A DNA stretch of 64,000 bases from Candidatus Aminicenantes bacterium (lineage in GTDB: Bacteria > Acidobacteriota > Aminicenantia > S016-38), in contig JAMOUJ010000005.1 of assembly GCA_027068075.1 (NCBI GenBank), positions 524,162 to 588,161 of the forward strand, read 5' to 3'. Made by a program: the position numbers and the translations under genes. Below are positions 29,437-38,556 of the stretch, piece by piece. The notes beneath the pieces were generated by a model. The model did not search any database, was not told the origin of the DNA, and was given only the letters and a program-made list of their open reading frames with translations. Each line of letters begins with the position of its first letter. Position 1 is the stretch's first letter.

Positions 29437-30710
29437 TTTTCAACAGAAAATTTTTAGTAAAGGGAAGGGTAAGAATCGCCGTTCACCTGCGCAACTCGGA
29501 GTCGCTTTCCCTGAGAATCATCACCCGGGGGGGCAGGGCCCTGGACCCCGAGGCCCGGGAGGGCACCACCGGGCTTATGGCCTCCCTTTTCCTCCACGGT
29601 TGCCGGGGAAAGGCCTACGAGGATGTGGTGGAGGAACTGGAGTCCACCGGGACATCCCTTTATTTTTCCCCTTCCCTGGAGGCCATCCAGGCCAGTTTCT
29701 GGTCCCTGAGGGAGTTTGCCCACAAGGTCCTCGGTATCCTTCGGGACTGCCTGGAGGCCCCGGATTTTCCCGCCCAGGAACTTGAAAGGGAAAGGGGCAG
29801 AGCCCTGGCGGAACTCAAGAGGGTATGGGACGAACCCGAGGAGGCCGCCTCCAGGATTTTTTCGGGGAAGGTCTTTGGGCTCCATCCCTATTCCCGGCTG
29901 GAGACCGTTTCCAGCCTCCGGAGGATCACCAGGGAGGATCTCCTGGAGAGGTTTAAAAAATCCTTCCTTTCGGGTTCCACCTACATGGCTCTGGCCGGAA
30001 GAGAGGAGGATGTGGAGGAGGCCCTGGAGGTTTTACTTCCGATCTTTCGGGAGGGCGAGACTCCCCTGGAGTTTCCTGAGCCTTCACCCTTACCCATGAG
30101 AATTTATTTTTACCTCAAGGAGGACGCAGAACAAACTCAGATAAGAATGGGGCATCCTTCCTTTACCAGGGCCTATCCCCATTACGAGGAGGCCCTGGTG
30201 CTCAATTACATTCTGGGGGGTGGTGGATTTTCTTCCAGGCTTATGGAGAGGATAAGGGCCAGGGAAGGATTAACCTATTCCATAAGGTCCTCCTTCCTTC
30301 CCATGCTCCGGGCAGGCCTCTTTTCCATCTCCACCTTTACCAGACCGGAAAACACCTTGAAAACCCTGGAGGCCGTGATAGACGAGGTGAAGAGGACTTT
30401 GAAGGAGGGGGTTACTGGGGAGGAAGTGGAGAAGGCAAAGTCCTATTTTATCGGGCATTTTCCCCTGGGGCTGGAAACCCCTTCTCAGGTGGTTTCCCTC
30501 CTTTCCTCGGTATTGTTTTACGGACTGGGGGAAGATTATCCCGAGAGGTTTCTTGAAAAAATAAGGGCCCTGGGCCCTGAGGATGTAAACCGCATGGCGA
30601 GGGATGTGCTCTTCCCTGAGAAATTTCAGGTGGTGGTGGTGGGCAACGAAGAGGCCTTGAAGGAAGTGGAGGGGATGGGAAAAGTTGAAAGGGTTTTTCC
30701 AGAGTATTAA
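29433..30710 (+). CDS. M16-family peptidase partner subunit (no HxxEH motif)
   Basis: M16 C-terminal-like fold directly coupled (ATGA) to the active M16 gene. Confidence 0.75.
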   Translation: MIFNRKFLVKGRVRIAVHLRNSESLSLRIITRGGRALDPEAREGTTGLMASLFLHGCRGKAYEDVVEELESTGTSLYFSPSLEAIQASFWSLREFAHKVLGILRDCLEAPDFPAQELERERGRALAELKRVWDEPEEAASRIFSGKVFGLHPYSRLETVSSLRRITREDLLERFKKSFLSGSTYMALAGREEDVEEALEVLLPIFREGETPLEFPEPSPLPMRIYFYLKEDAEQTQIRMGHPSFTRAYPHYEEALVLNYILGGGGFSSRLMERIRAREGLTYSIRSSFLPMLRAGLFSISTFTRPENTLKTLEAVIDEVKRTLKEGVTGEEVEKAKSYFIGHFPLGLETPSQVVSLLSSVLFYGLGEDYPERFLEKIRALGPEDVNRMARDVLFPEKFQVVVVGNEEALKEVEGMGKVERVFPEY

Positions 30711-30727
30711 AATAAAGGTGGAGATTT

Positions 30728-31849
30728 TTGGGAGGTCAGGAAATGGGGAGAGTTCTGGTTTTGGGAGGAGGCAAGCAGGGAGGTTTCATCGCCTTCAAAC
30801 TGAGGGATCGGGGACATGAGGTGGTGGTATGGGATGTGAAGCGGGAGGTGGAAGACAGCCTGGGCGAAGGTAGCGTAGAGTTTCACAGGAAAAACCTATT
30901 TTTGCTGGAAGACCCGGAGGGTGAACTTTCTCCCTACGACCTGGTGGTGGATGCCCTTCCCGGAGAGGTGGGGTTTAAGGCTCTGGAAAAACTGGTGGAA
31001 TTGGGAAGGAAGGTGGTAAGCATATCCTTCGGGAAGGAGGATTATCTTCTCCTCCACAAGAGGGCAGAGGCCACCGGGGCCGTGGTGGTGCCCGATGCGG
31101 GCATAGCCCCGGGACTCACCAACCTTCTGGCGGGGTTTGCCTTTTTCAAGATGGGGAAGGCCGATAGTTTAAAAATATGGCTGGGAGGTATCCCTAAGGA
31201 TCCCCTTCCTCCCTTTTATCACAACCTCACCTGGTCGGTGGAGGATTTTCTGGAGGAATACACCAGGCCTGCCAAAGTTAAAGAATACGGAATTTTGAAA
31301 AACCTTGTGCCGCTGAACCACATAAGAGACGAGTTTGGCTTTCCCATCAAACCCCTGGCTTCCTTTCCCACCGACGGACTCCGAAGCCTCCTTTACACCC
31401 TCCCCATTCCCAACATGGAAGAGAGGACCCTGCGATACAGGGAACACCTTATGGCCATGAAGACCCTTTACTCCTGGGGATTTCTGGACGAAAGCCTATC
31501 CCTGGACTTCGCCAATTTCTCAATACCGGTAAAGACCCTTACCGGAAGGGTTCTGGAGGAAAAATTCTCGTCCTTTCCTCCGGAAGATGTAGTAATAGGC
31601 AGGGTAGAGGTCGTGGGGAGCAAGAAATTCGTTTATAAAATTTACGCTGAATACGATTACGAAAAGGGAATAACGGCCATGGCCCGAAGCACTGGGACGG
31701 TGGCCGTGTGCTTTGCGGAGGAGGCTTTGAGGGGGTTTACGGAGAAGGGCGGCATTTATCCTCCGGAGATCTTTGGAAAGCGTCCGACCCTGGTGGCCAG
31801 AATTTTGAAGTCTTTGGCCACGGAGGGAATAAGGGTAACCAGCCTCTAA
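30728..31849 (+). CDS. Saccharopine-dehydrogenase-family NAD(P)-dependent oxidoreductase
   Basis: N-terminal Rossmann VLVLGGGKQGG and a Sacchrp_dh-like C-terminal region. Substrate unknown. Confidence 0.65.
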   Translation: MGGQEMGRVLVLGGGKQGGFIAFKLRDRGHEVVVWDVKREVEDSLGEGSVEFHRKNLFLLEDPEGELSPYDLVVDALPGEVGFKALEKLVELGRKVVSISFGKEDYLLLHKRAEATGAVVVPDAGIAPGLTNLLAGFAFFKMGKADSLKIWLGGIPKDPLPPFYHNLTWSVEDFLEEYTRPAKVKEYGILKNLVPLNHIRDEFGFPIKPLASFPTDGLRSLLYTLPIPNMEERTLRYREHLMAMKTLYSWGFLDESLSLDFANFSIPVKTLTGRVLEEKFSSFPPEDVVIGRVEVVGSKKFVYKIYAEYDYEKGITAMARSTGTVAVCFAEEALRGFTEKGGIYPPEIFGKRPTLVARILKSLATEGIRVTSL

Positions 31850-31850
31850 C

Positions 31851-33089
31851 TCACAGGGCTGACAGGGGATAGGGAACTCCCTTTCCCCGGGAGGCCTTCT
31901 GGGCCTCCTCCTTGGAAGGGAATACTCCGTAGCAGATTCTATAGCACATCCTGTTGCCTTTCCTATAAGGAACCGCAAAATACATTCTTCCTCCCCGCTT
32001 TAAATTCAATAGGGCGTATTCCTCCACGCAATTCAACTGCTTCAAGACGGTGTATCCCCTGGTTGATCTGGCCCAATCCCTCCACAGAAGGGCTGCCCTT
32101 TTAAGTTTTCCGGCCTTTACATATTTCCAGGGTCCCTGGGGTGGAAGGGCGGTTGAGGTTTTTTTCACCGTCTTTTTTTCACCGGAACTTCCGGTCTTTT
32201 GTGAAACTTTACGGGGGCTTTCGGGGGGATTCTCTATTACCCTTTGCGTTTCCCCTGTCTTCTGTTGGGTTTCGGGGCCGGAGGAACTTAATTTAAGGTA
32301 GAGAAAAAAAACTGCCCCGGCTAAGATCACCAGAAGCAAACTTATAAGCAGAACCTTCCGGCCGAAGGAACTTTCCTCTTCGTAGGGATTCAGGTTGGAT
32401 GTTTTCCGGTATTCTTCTATTTCCTCCAGGGACTCTTCTGCTATGTAGGGCTTCAGGAATCCGAAGATGTAGAGGATGGAAATGAGTTTGAGGGTGGGAA
32501 ATTCTCCCCATGGGCTTTTCCTTACCACCTCCCAAACATCCCTGCCTCCGGCGAATTCCCTCAAAAGTTTTTTCTCCCTTTCGGTGGGTTTTCCCGGGAA
32601 GGAGGCGGTCACCAGTCTGGCTCCCAGAGGAAAAAGCCTTTTAAAAAACCTCCGGTCCTTCATGGAGGTTATGGCCTCCTTGAGGGCCTCCAAGAGGTCC
32701 ACCGGCGGAAGTTCGCAGTTGACTTCCCATTCCTGGAAGGAGATTTCAGGTTCCAGCCACTCCAGAACATCCCTTAAGGCTTCCACCACCCTTTTTCTGT
32801 TTCCCCGATGGGTTTCGCTGAGGGTGAGCAATCCCTTTTCCACCAGAAATTCCACCGGAGTTTTCCTCGCCTCCAAGGCCCTGGCCAGGAAGTCCTCCGG
32901 AACCTCAAACTCCGTCCTGAGCAGTTCTTCCAGGGATTCCTCCGGTCTATTGGAAAGAAGATCGCAGATTTTCCCCTTTTTTATCAGGAAACTCTTGAAC
33001 ATTCCCCCCCAATTTATGCTCAGGATTCCAGATATCTTCTGTTTCCCTATGGACGCCAGAAGGAAGGCCAGGTTTTCCCGAGTTCTCAT
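31851..33089 (-). CDS. DUF4388-domain / single-TM / C-terminal SPOR-like (septal peptidoglycan-binding) protein
   Basis: The N-terminus (NLAFLLASIGKQKISGILSI) resembles DUF4388. One TM helix (VLLISLLLVILAGAVFFLYL). The C-terminus (...MYFAVPYRKGNRMCYRICYGVFPSKEEAQKA) resembles the SPOR consensus. Its ATG immediately abuts the nuoN stop. Confidence 0.55.
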   Translation of the reverse strand: MRTRENLAFLLASIGKQKISGILSINWGGMFKSFLIKKGKICDLLSNRPEESLEELLRTEFEVPEDFLARALEARKTPVEFLVEKGLLTLSETHRGNRKRVVEALRDVLEWLEPEISFQEWEVNCELPPVDLLEALKEAITSMKDRRFFKRLFPLGARLVTASFPGKPTEREKKLLREFAGGRDVWEVVRKSPWGEFPTLKLISILYIFGFLKPYIAEESLEEIEEYRKTSNLNPYEEESSFGRKVLLISLLLVILAGAVFFLYLKLSSSGPETQQKTGETQRVIENPPESPRKVSQKTGSSGEKKTVKKTSTALPPQGPWKYVKAGKLKRAALLWRDWARSTRGYTVLKQLNCVEEYALLNLKRGGRMYFAVPYRKGNRMCYRICYGVFPSKEEAQKASRGKGVPYPLSAL

Positions 33090-34445
33090 TTAACCCACAA
33101 AGTATTTAAGAAAAACCAGGAGGGTGGAAGGAAAAATTCCGAGTTCCAGGACCAGGAAGGTTGAGGTGAACATGGCGAGGATGCCTGTGGAGTAATAATA
33201 GCCGATGCCGGGTCCCTCCTTCATGTAAGAAACCAGTACCACCCGCAAATAATAATAAACGCTTACCAGAGTCGTCAGGACCGCCACCACCACCAGGGGC
33301 CAGAATCCGGCATCCCCCACCTCTGCGAATAGGAGGAATTTCGCCAGAAAGCCGGCGGTGGGGGGAAATCCTGCCAGGGAGACCATGAAGAAGGCCAGGA
33401 AGGCCGAAAGGTAGGGGTATTTTCTGGAAAGCCCCTGAAAATCCTTAAGGGAATTTTTCTCCAGGAAGGAGGAGATAACGGCGAAGGCCCCCAGGTTCAT
33501 GAATCCGTAGGCGGCCAGGTAAAAAAGAAGCGCCCAGGCCCCGGCCTTTCCCAGGAGGAGGCCCATGGCCATGTAACCTGCGTGGGATATGCTGGAATAG
33601 GCCATTAACCTTTTGATGTTTTCCTGCTTAAGGGCCACCAGGTTTCCGTAGAGCATGGAGAGGACGCTGGAGCCCAGGATAAACCACTTTACGCCGGGGT
33701 GTATCACGAAGTCCGAGATTCTCAGAAGCATAAGGAAGCCTGCGGTTTTGGTTACCACCGAGAAGAAGGCAGTGACCGGCGTGGGACTCCCCTGATAGAC
33801 ATCCGGGGTCCAGAAGTGAAAGGGGAAAAGGGAGACCTTGAACATGAGGGAGGAAAGAAGCAGGAGACCGGCGCCCAGGGCCAGGGGGGATGGATTGGCT
33901 GCCACCCGGGGGTCCAGAAAGAAACTTCCCCCGGCTGCGTAGTAAAAGGCCATTCCCATTACGAAGAAGACCGAGGCCATCACCCCCAGGATGGCGTATT
34001 TCACCGAGGCTTCCCGGGATAGTTCATCCTTCCTCATCCCTGCCAGGGCATAATTGGCCACCGATAGGATTTCCATGCCAAGAAAGGCCACCAGGAGGTG
34101 GCGGGTGGTTACCATAACGAGGGCTCCGGCGGTGGAAAGGGCCAGAAGGATGTAAATTTCCCCTTCCCTTATGTTTAATTTCAGGTCGTAACCGTCGGTT
34201 ATAAGAAGGGTCAGAAGGGCAAAAATGAGGATTAGCACCCCTGCCACAATTCCCATGCTGTCCTGGACCAGGAGTCCTCCCATGTAGGTTCCCCTTCTTC
34301 CCCACATGAAGAACTCCGCTGCCAGGGCGGCCGCCATTCCGGCGTAGGATGCAAATTTAGCCCACCGCCTTCCCGCCCACAAGTCCAGAAGGAGGGCCGA
34401 TAGAGAGAAGGAAACCAGAATGGCCAGAGGAAGCACGCCTATCAC
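33090..34445 (-). CDS. nuoN: NADH-quinone oxidoreductase subunit N
   Basis: 14-TM antiporter-like subunit, last in the J-K-L-M-N order. Confidence 0.9.
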   Translation of the reverse strand: MIGVLPLAILVSFSLSALLLDLWAGRRWAKFASYAGMAAALAAEFFMWGRRGTYMGGLLVQDSMGIVAGVLILIFALLTLLITDGYDLKLNIREGEIYILLALSTAGALVMVTTRHLLVAFLGMEILSVANYALAGMRKDELSREASVKYAILGVMASVFFVMGMAFYYAAGGSFFLDPRVAANPSPLALGAGLLLLSSLMFKVSLFPFHFWTPDVYQGSPTPVTAFFSVVTKTAGFLMLLRISDFVIHPGVKWFILGSSVLSMLYGNLVALKQENIKRLMAYSSISHAGYMAMGLLLGKAGAWALLFYLAAYGFMNLGAFAVISSFLEKNSLKDFQGLSRKYPYLSAFLAFFMVSLAGFPPTAGFLAKFLLFAEVGDAGFWPLVVVAVLTTLVSVYYYLRVVLVSYMKEGPGIGYYYSTGILAMFTSTFLVLELGIFPSTLLVFLKYFVG

Positions 34446-35938
34446 CTTTCACCCCCATTTTCAAAGAGGTAAAGGGTTTTGTATTTCTGCTGGGTTATTT
34501 CCATCATGAGCCTGGCGGATTTTTCAAATTTTTTCAAGAAGAAATTTGGGGAAAGTCCCATCCACAGGAAAAGAATGACCAGGGGGACCATGATGAGAAC
34601 CTCCCTCAGGTTCATGTCGGGAAGTTTCAGGAAAACTTCGTTTTTCACCCTTCCCTGCATAACCCTCTGATACATTCGCAGAAGATAAACCGCCGAAAGA
34701 ATTACCCCCAGGGCAGCCAGGGCTGCGGCGGTTTTGTTCACCTCAAAACTTCCCAGAAACACGAGAAATTCTCCCACGAAGCCGTTGAGTCCGGGGAGTC
34801 CAATGGAGGAAAACACCGTTATCATAAGGAAGGCCGCCAGCACCGGAAGAGGCCTGGCCAATCCCCCCAGTTTTTTCATGTCCCTGGTATGGGTTCTTTC
34901 GTAAAGCATGCCGATAAGGAGAAAGAGGGCCCCGGTGGAAAGCCCGTGGTTGAGCATCTGATATATCCCTCCCATGTAGGACCTCAGGGAGAGGAGGAAA
35001 ATTCCCAGCATTACCACCCCCAGGTGGCTCACGCTGGAATAGGCTACGAGCCGCTTGGCGTCTTCCTGGACGAAGGCCATGGCCGCTCCGTAAATTATGC
35101 TTATCACGGCCAGGGCCAGGAGGTAGGGGAGGAAAAATTTGAAGGCCTGGGGGAAAAGGGGCATGGCCAGCCGTAGAAATCCGTACCCCCCCATTTTCAG
35201 CAGAACCCCTGCCAGGAGTACGGAACCGGCGGTGGGGGCCTCCGTGTGGGCGTCCGGCAACCATGTGTGGAAGGGAAAGAGGGGAACCTTTATGGCAAAG
35301 GCCAGGGCAAAGGCCAGAAACAGGAGAATCTGGCTCCCCCATGGGATACTTAGGGAGTAAAGTTGATAAAAATAGAGGGAATGGTGGGGAGAGTGTTTCC
35401 AGAGGTAAAAAATTCCCACCAGCATGAGGAGACTTCCCACCATGGTGTAGAGGACAAATTTAACCGTGGCGTAGAGCCTTCTCTCCCCTCCCCACATGCC
35501 GATGAGGAAATACATGGGGATAAGCATGGCTTCCCAGAAGATGTAGAAAAGAAAGAGGTTCTGGGCCACGAATACCCCCAGCATCCCGGTCTCCAGGAGC
35601 AAAATCATTATGTAGAACTCCTTTTCCCGCTCCTTTATGTACCGGAAGGACGAGGCCAGCGCCAGAGGAGAAAGGAGGGCGGTAAGAACTACCAGAACCA
35701 AACTTATTCCATCCATGCCCACATGGTAATTCAGACCGAAGCCTATCCACCTGGCTCTCTCCACGAACTGGGGGAAAGGATAATAGGGGTTGAAGTTCAG
35801 AAAGAACCACATTGAGAAAAAGAACACTGCGGATGAAACCCCCAGGGCGAAGTATTTTACGAAGTCGGTTTTTTCCCGCGGAACGAAGAGAAGAAGAATC
35901 GCCCCGGCCACGGGAAGGAATATCATGACGCTAGTCAT
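34442..35938 (-). CDS. nuoM: NADH-quinone oxidoreductase subunit M
   Basis: Antiporter-like subunit. The true ATG at 35938 overlaps the nuoL stop (ATGA). Confidence 0.9.
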   Translation of the reverse strand: MTSVMIFLPVAGAILLLFVPREKTDFVKYFALGVSSAVFFFSMWFFLNFNPYYPFPQFVERARWIGFGLNYHVGMDGISLVLVVLTALLSPLALASSFRYIKEREKEFYIMILLLETGMLGVFVAQNLFLFYIFWEAMLIPMYFLIGMWGGERRLYATVKFVLYTMVGSLLMLVGIFYLWKHSPHHSLYFYQLYSLSIPWGSQILLFLAFALAFAIKVPLFPFHTWLPDAHTEAPTAGSVLLAGVLLKMGGYGFLRLAMPLFPQAFKFFLPYLLALAVISIIYGAAMAFVQEDAKRLVAYSSVSHLGVVMLGIFLLSLRSYMGGIYQMLNHGLSTGALFLLIGMLYERTHTRDMKKLGGLARPLPVLAAFLMITVFSSIGLPGLNGFVGEFLVFLGSFEVNKTAAALAALGVILSAVYLLRMYQRVMQGRVKNEVFLKLPDMNLREVLIMVPLVILFLWMGLSPNFFLKKFEKSARLMMEITQQKYKTLYLFENGGER

Positions 35939-37761
35939 AACAACCCCCTGAGCGCTACGAATAGGGCTATTACGATGCCCGCCGCCATCCACAGGGCGTA
36001 ATCCTTCAGAAGACCTGTCTGGAGAAAAGATAAGAGTCGTCCCCCTTCCAGGGTGAGTTTTCCGCTGCCCAGGACGGCCCGATCTATCACCCCGGCGTCA
36101 AAATACCGGCTTACCGCCCTGGCACCCTCCCTGTAGGGAACCACGAAGAGGGCCTCGTATATTTCGTCCACATAATATTTATTGGTCAGAAGGGTATAAA
36201 GGAACCCCGTGCGAAGTCCCCGTTTCCTCTTTAAGTATATCCACCAGGCCAGGACGATGGCCGCCAGGGCCAGACCCACGCTCACTCCCATGAGGATCAA
36301 TTCCCTTTCGTGGGCGAGTTCCTCCAGGTGGATGTATCCCAGGGGTTTTAGCCATTGGTGAAAGGAAGAGAAGAACCATCCTGAAATTACCGAAAGAAGG
36401 GCCAGAATTTCCATGGGGATGGCCATAACCGGCGGTGATTCGTGGGCGTGTTTCCAGCCCCTGGGTTCTCCGTAGAAGGTCATGAAAATAAGCCTGAACA
36501 TGTAAAAGGCCGTAAGGCCTGCGGTGATAACGCCCACGGTCCAGAGGGTTTTGCTGTGAAGGTAAGCCTGGGCCAGGATCTGGTCCTTGCTGAAAAAGCC
36601 TGCAAATCCCGGGATCCCTGAAATGGCCAGGGCTCCTATGGTGAAAACCCAGAAGGTTATGGGCATTTTCCTGCGCAGGCCTCCCATTTCGCGCATGTCC
36701 TGGGTCCCTACGGCGTGAATAACGGAACCCGCCGCGAGAAAGAGAAGGCTCTTAAAAAAAGCGTGGGTGAAGAGGTGAAACATACCCGCGGATACAGCCC
36801 CCACCCCCACCCCGGTAAACATGTAGCCTATCTGGCTGATGGTGGAGTAGGCCAGAACCTTTTTGATGTCGTTCTGGACCAGGGCAATGGTGGCGGCCAG
36901 GGCCGCGGTAATTATTCCCACCCATGCCACGACCTCCAGGGCCAGGCCCGAGCGGGCGAAAAGGGGAAACAATCGGCTCACCATGTAAACCCCGGCGGTT
37001 ACCATGGTGGCGGCGTGGATGAGGGCGGAAACAGGAGTAGGGCCCTCCATGGCGTCGGGAAGCCAGATGTATAGAGGAATTTGGGCCGATTTTCCCGTGG
37101 CACCCAGAAAGAGAAGGAGGGCTGCCGCCGTGGCCGCCGTGGTCGGCAGGGAGGCGGCCCGGGAATTGATGTATTGAAAATCAAGGTTTCCCAGGAGGGT
37201 GAAGAGAAGGAATATTCCCAGGAGAAAGCCGAAGTCTCCCACCCGGTTTACTATGAAGGCCTTTTTTCCGGCGTCGGCGGCAGTATCGCGGTCAAACCAG
37301 AATCCTATGAGGAGATAACTGCACAAACCCACCCCTTCCCATCCTACGAACATCATGGGGAGGTTCGGGGCCAGGACCAGAAGAAGCATGGAGAAGGTGA
37401 AGAGGTTAAGGTAAGCAAAATACCTTCTGAAACCGGGATCTTCCCCCATGTATCCCACCGAATAAATGTGGATCAGGAAGGATACCCCGGAAACGGTGAG
37501 GGCCATGATGGAGGAAAGGGGATCCCAGAGAAGCGAAAAGTCCACATGGAATTTTCCCACGGAAATCCACGGGAAAAGATAAAAAACCGAGGGATGGTTT
37601 TTAAAGGTTGTGAAGGCTATTAAAGATGCCAGAAAGGATATTCCCACGGTGGCCGGAGAAAACCAGAAGACGGCCCTTTTTCCCAGAAATCTTCCCAGGA
37701 GGATGAGGACCAGGGCTCCCAGGGCAGGAGCCAGAACTATTAGTGCAAGAAGGAAACTCAT
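35935..37761 (-). CDS. nuoL: NADH-quinone oxidoreductase subunit L
   Basis: 608 aa, antiporter-like, with the long C-terminal extension typical of NuoL. Confidence 0.9.
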   Translation of the reverse strand: MSFLLALIVLAPALGALVLILLGRFLGKRAVFWFSPATVGISFLASLIAFTTFKNHPSVFYLFPWISVGKFHVDFSLLWDPLSSIMALTVSGVSFLIHIYSVGYMGEDPGFRRYFAYLNLFTFSMLLLVLAPNLPMMFVGWEGVGLCSYLLIGFWFDRDTAADAGKKAFIVNRVGDFGFLLGIFLLFTLLGNLDFQYINSRAASLPTTAATAAALLLFLGATGKSAQIPLYIWLPDAMEGPTPVSALIHAATMVTAGVYMVSRLFPLFARSGLALEVVAWVGIITAALAATIALVQNDIKKVLAYSTISQIGYMFTGVGVGAVSAGMFHLFTHAFFKSLLFLAAGSVIHAVGTQDMREMGGLRRKMPITFWVFTIGALAISGIPGFAGFFSKDQILAQAYLHSKTLWTVGVITAGLTAFYMFRLIFMTFYGEPRGWKHAHESPPVMAIPMEILALLSVISGWFFSSFHQWLKPLGYIHLEELAHERELILMGVSVGLALAAIVLAWWIYLKRKRGLRTGFLYTLLTNKYYVDEIYEALFVVPYREGARAVSRYFDAGVIDRAVLGSGKLTLEGGRLLSFLQTGLLKDYALWMAAGIVIALFVALRGLL

Positions 37762-38057
37762 CCCTTCATCTCCGATGCTATGTCTTCGGTGGCCTTCCCC
37801 TTATCCCTTATGGCTACGGCTATGGCCGCCAGGGCCACCGCCACCTCCGCCGCCGCCACCGTAAGTATGGCAATTACCGCCGCCTGGGCCTCGGTGGGTG
37901 AAGACCTTGTGGCGAAGACTAAAAGAGCGAGGTTGGCCCCGGAAAGAGCCACTTCCCCGGAAAGCAGCATGGTCAGCAGGTCTTTCCTTACGAAAAATCC
38001 GGCTATTCCGGCGGATATTAAAAGGGCCGAGAGAAGGAAGAGGGCCGTGGAACTCAT
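37758..38057 (-). CDS. nuoK: NADH-quinone oxidoreductase subunit K
   Basis: 99-aa three-TM protein with a conserved Glu in the TM helix. 4-nt overlaps on both sides. Confidence 0.85.
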   Translation of the reverse strand: MSSTALFLLSALLISAGIAGFFVRKDLLTMLLSGEVALSGANLALLVFATRSSPTEAQAAVIAILTVAAAEVAVALAAIAVAIRDKGKATEDIASEMKG

Positions 38058-38521
38058 GACCTCCTCCTCATGAGGACCAGGGAAGAGACCACCGCCGTCA
38101 AAATCAGCAGGGAGGTGAGTTCAAACACATAGAGGTATTTACCCAAAAACAACTCTCCGAGGGCGGATACCGAGGTGGAAACCCTTCGGAAGACAGAACG
38201 ACTTCCCAGGAAAATAAGGCTCAACTCCGTACCCAGCGAGATAAAAATGAGGAAGAAGGCCCATTTGATGCTCCTGCCTTCCCGGGACCTTCCGGAGACC
38301 AGCCACGCCACCATGAGGAAGGCTACCACCACCGCTCCGGCGTAAAGGAGAACATAGATCCCCCCCAGGAAGGTATAGCCCATTAGGGCGAAAACTCCCC
38401 CCAGGGCGGAAAAAACCGCCACCAGGGAAACCACGGACTTATCTTCCTCCGATGCAAAGAGGAAAATCCCAAGGCCTGCGGCGATTAAAAGGAAAAGAAG
38501 CCAGAAGGCCAGGTCCAACAT
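38054..38521 (-). CDS. nuoJ: NADH-quinone oxidoreductase subunit J
   Basis: 155-aa five-TM protein in the position preceding nuoK. Confidence 0.8.
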   Translation of the reverse strand: MLDLAFWLLFLLIAAGLGIFLFASEEDKSVVSLVAVFSALGGVFALMGYTFLGGIYVLLYAGAVVVAFLMVAWLVSGRSREGRSIKWAFFLIFISLGTELSLIFLGSRSVFRRVSTSVSALGELFLGKYLYVFELTSLLILTAVVSSLVLMRRRS

Positions 38522-38556
38522 AACACGGGGATTATATCAGGGTATAGAGTTTCAAA

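Noticed and set aside
31885-31912. GGAGGCC-ttctg-GGCCTCC hairpin near the saccharopine-DH / SPOR-gene junction
   Set aside because: It lies within the 3' coding region of the SPOR-protein gene and has no T-tract, so it is not called as a terminator.
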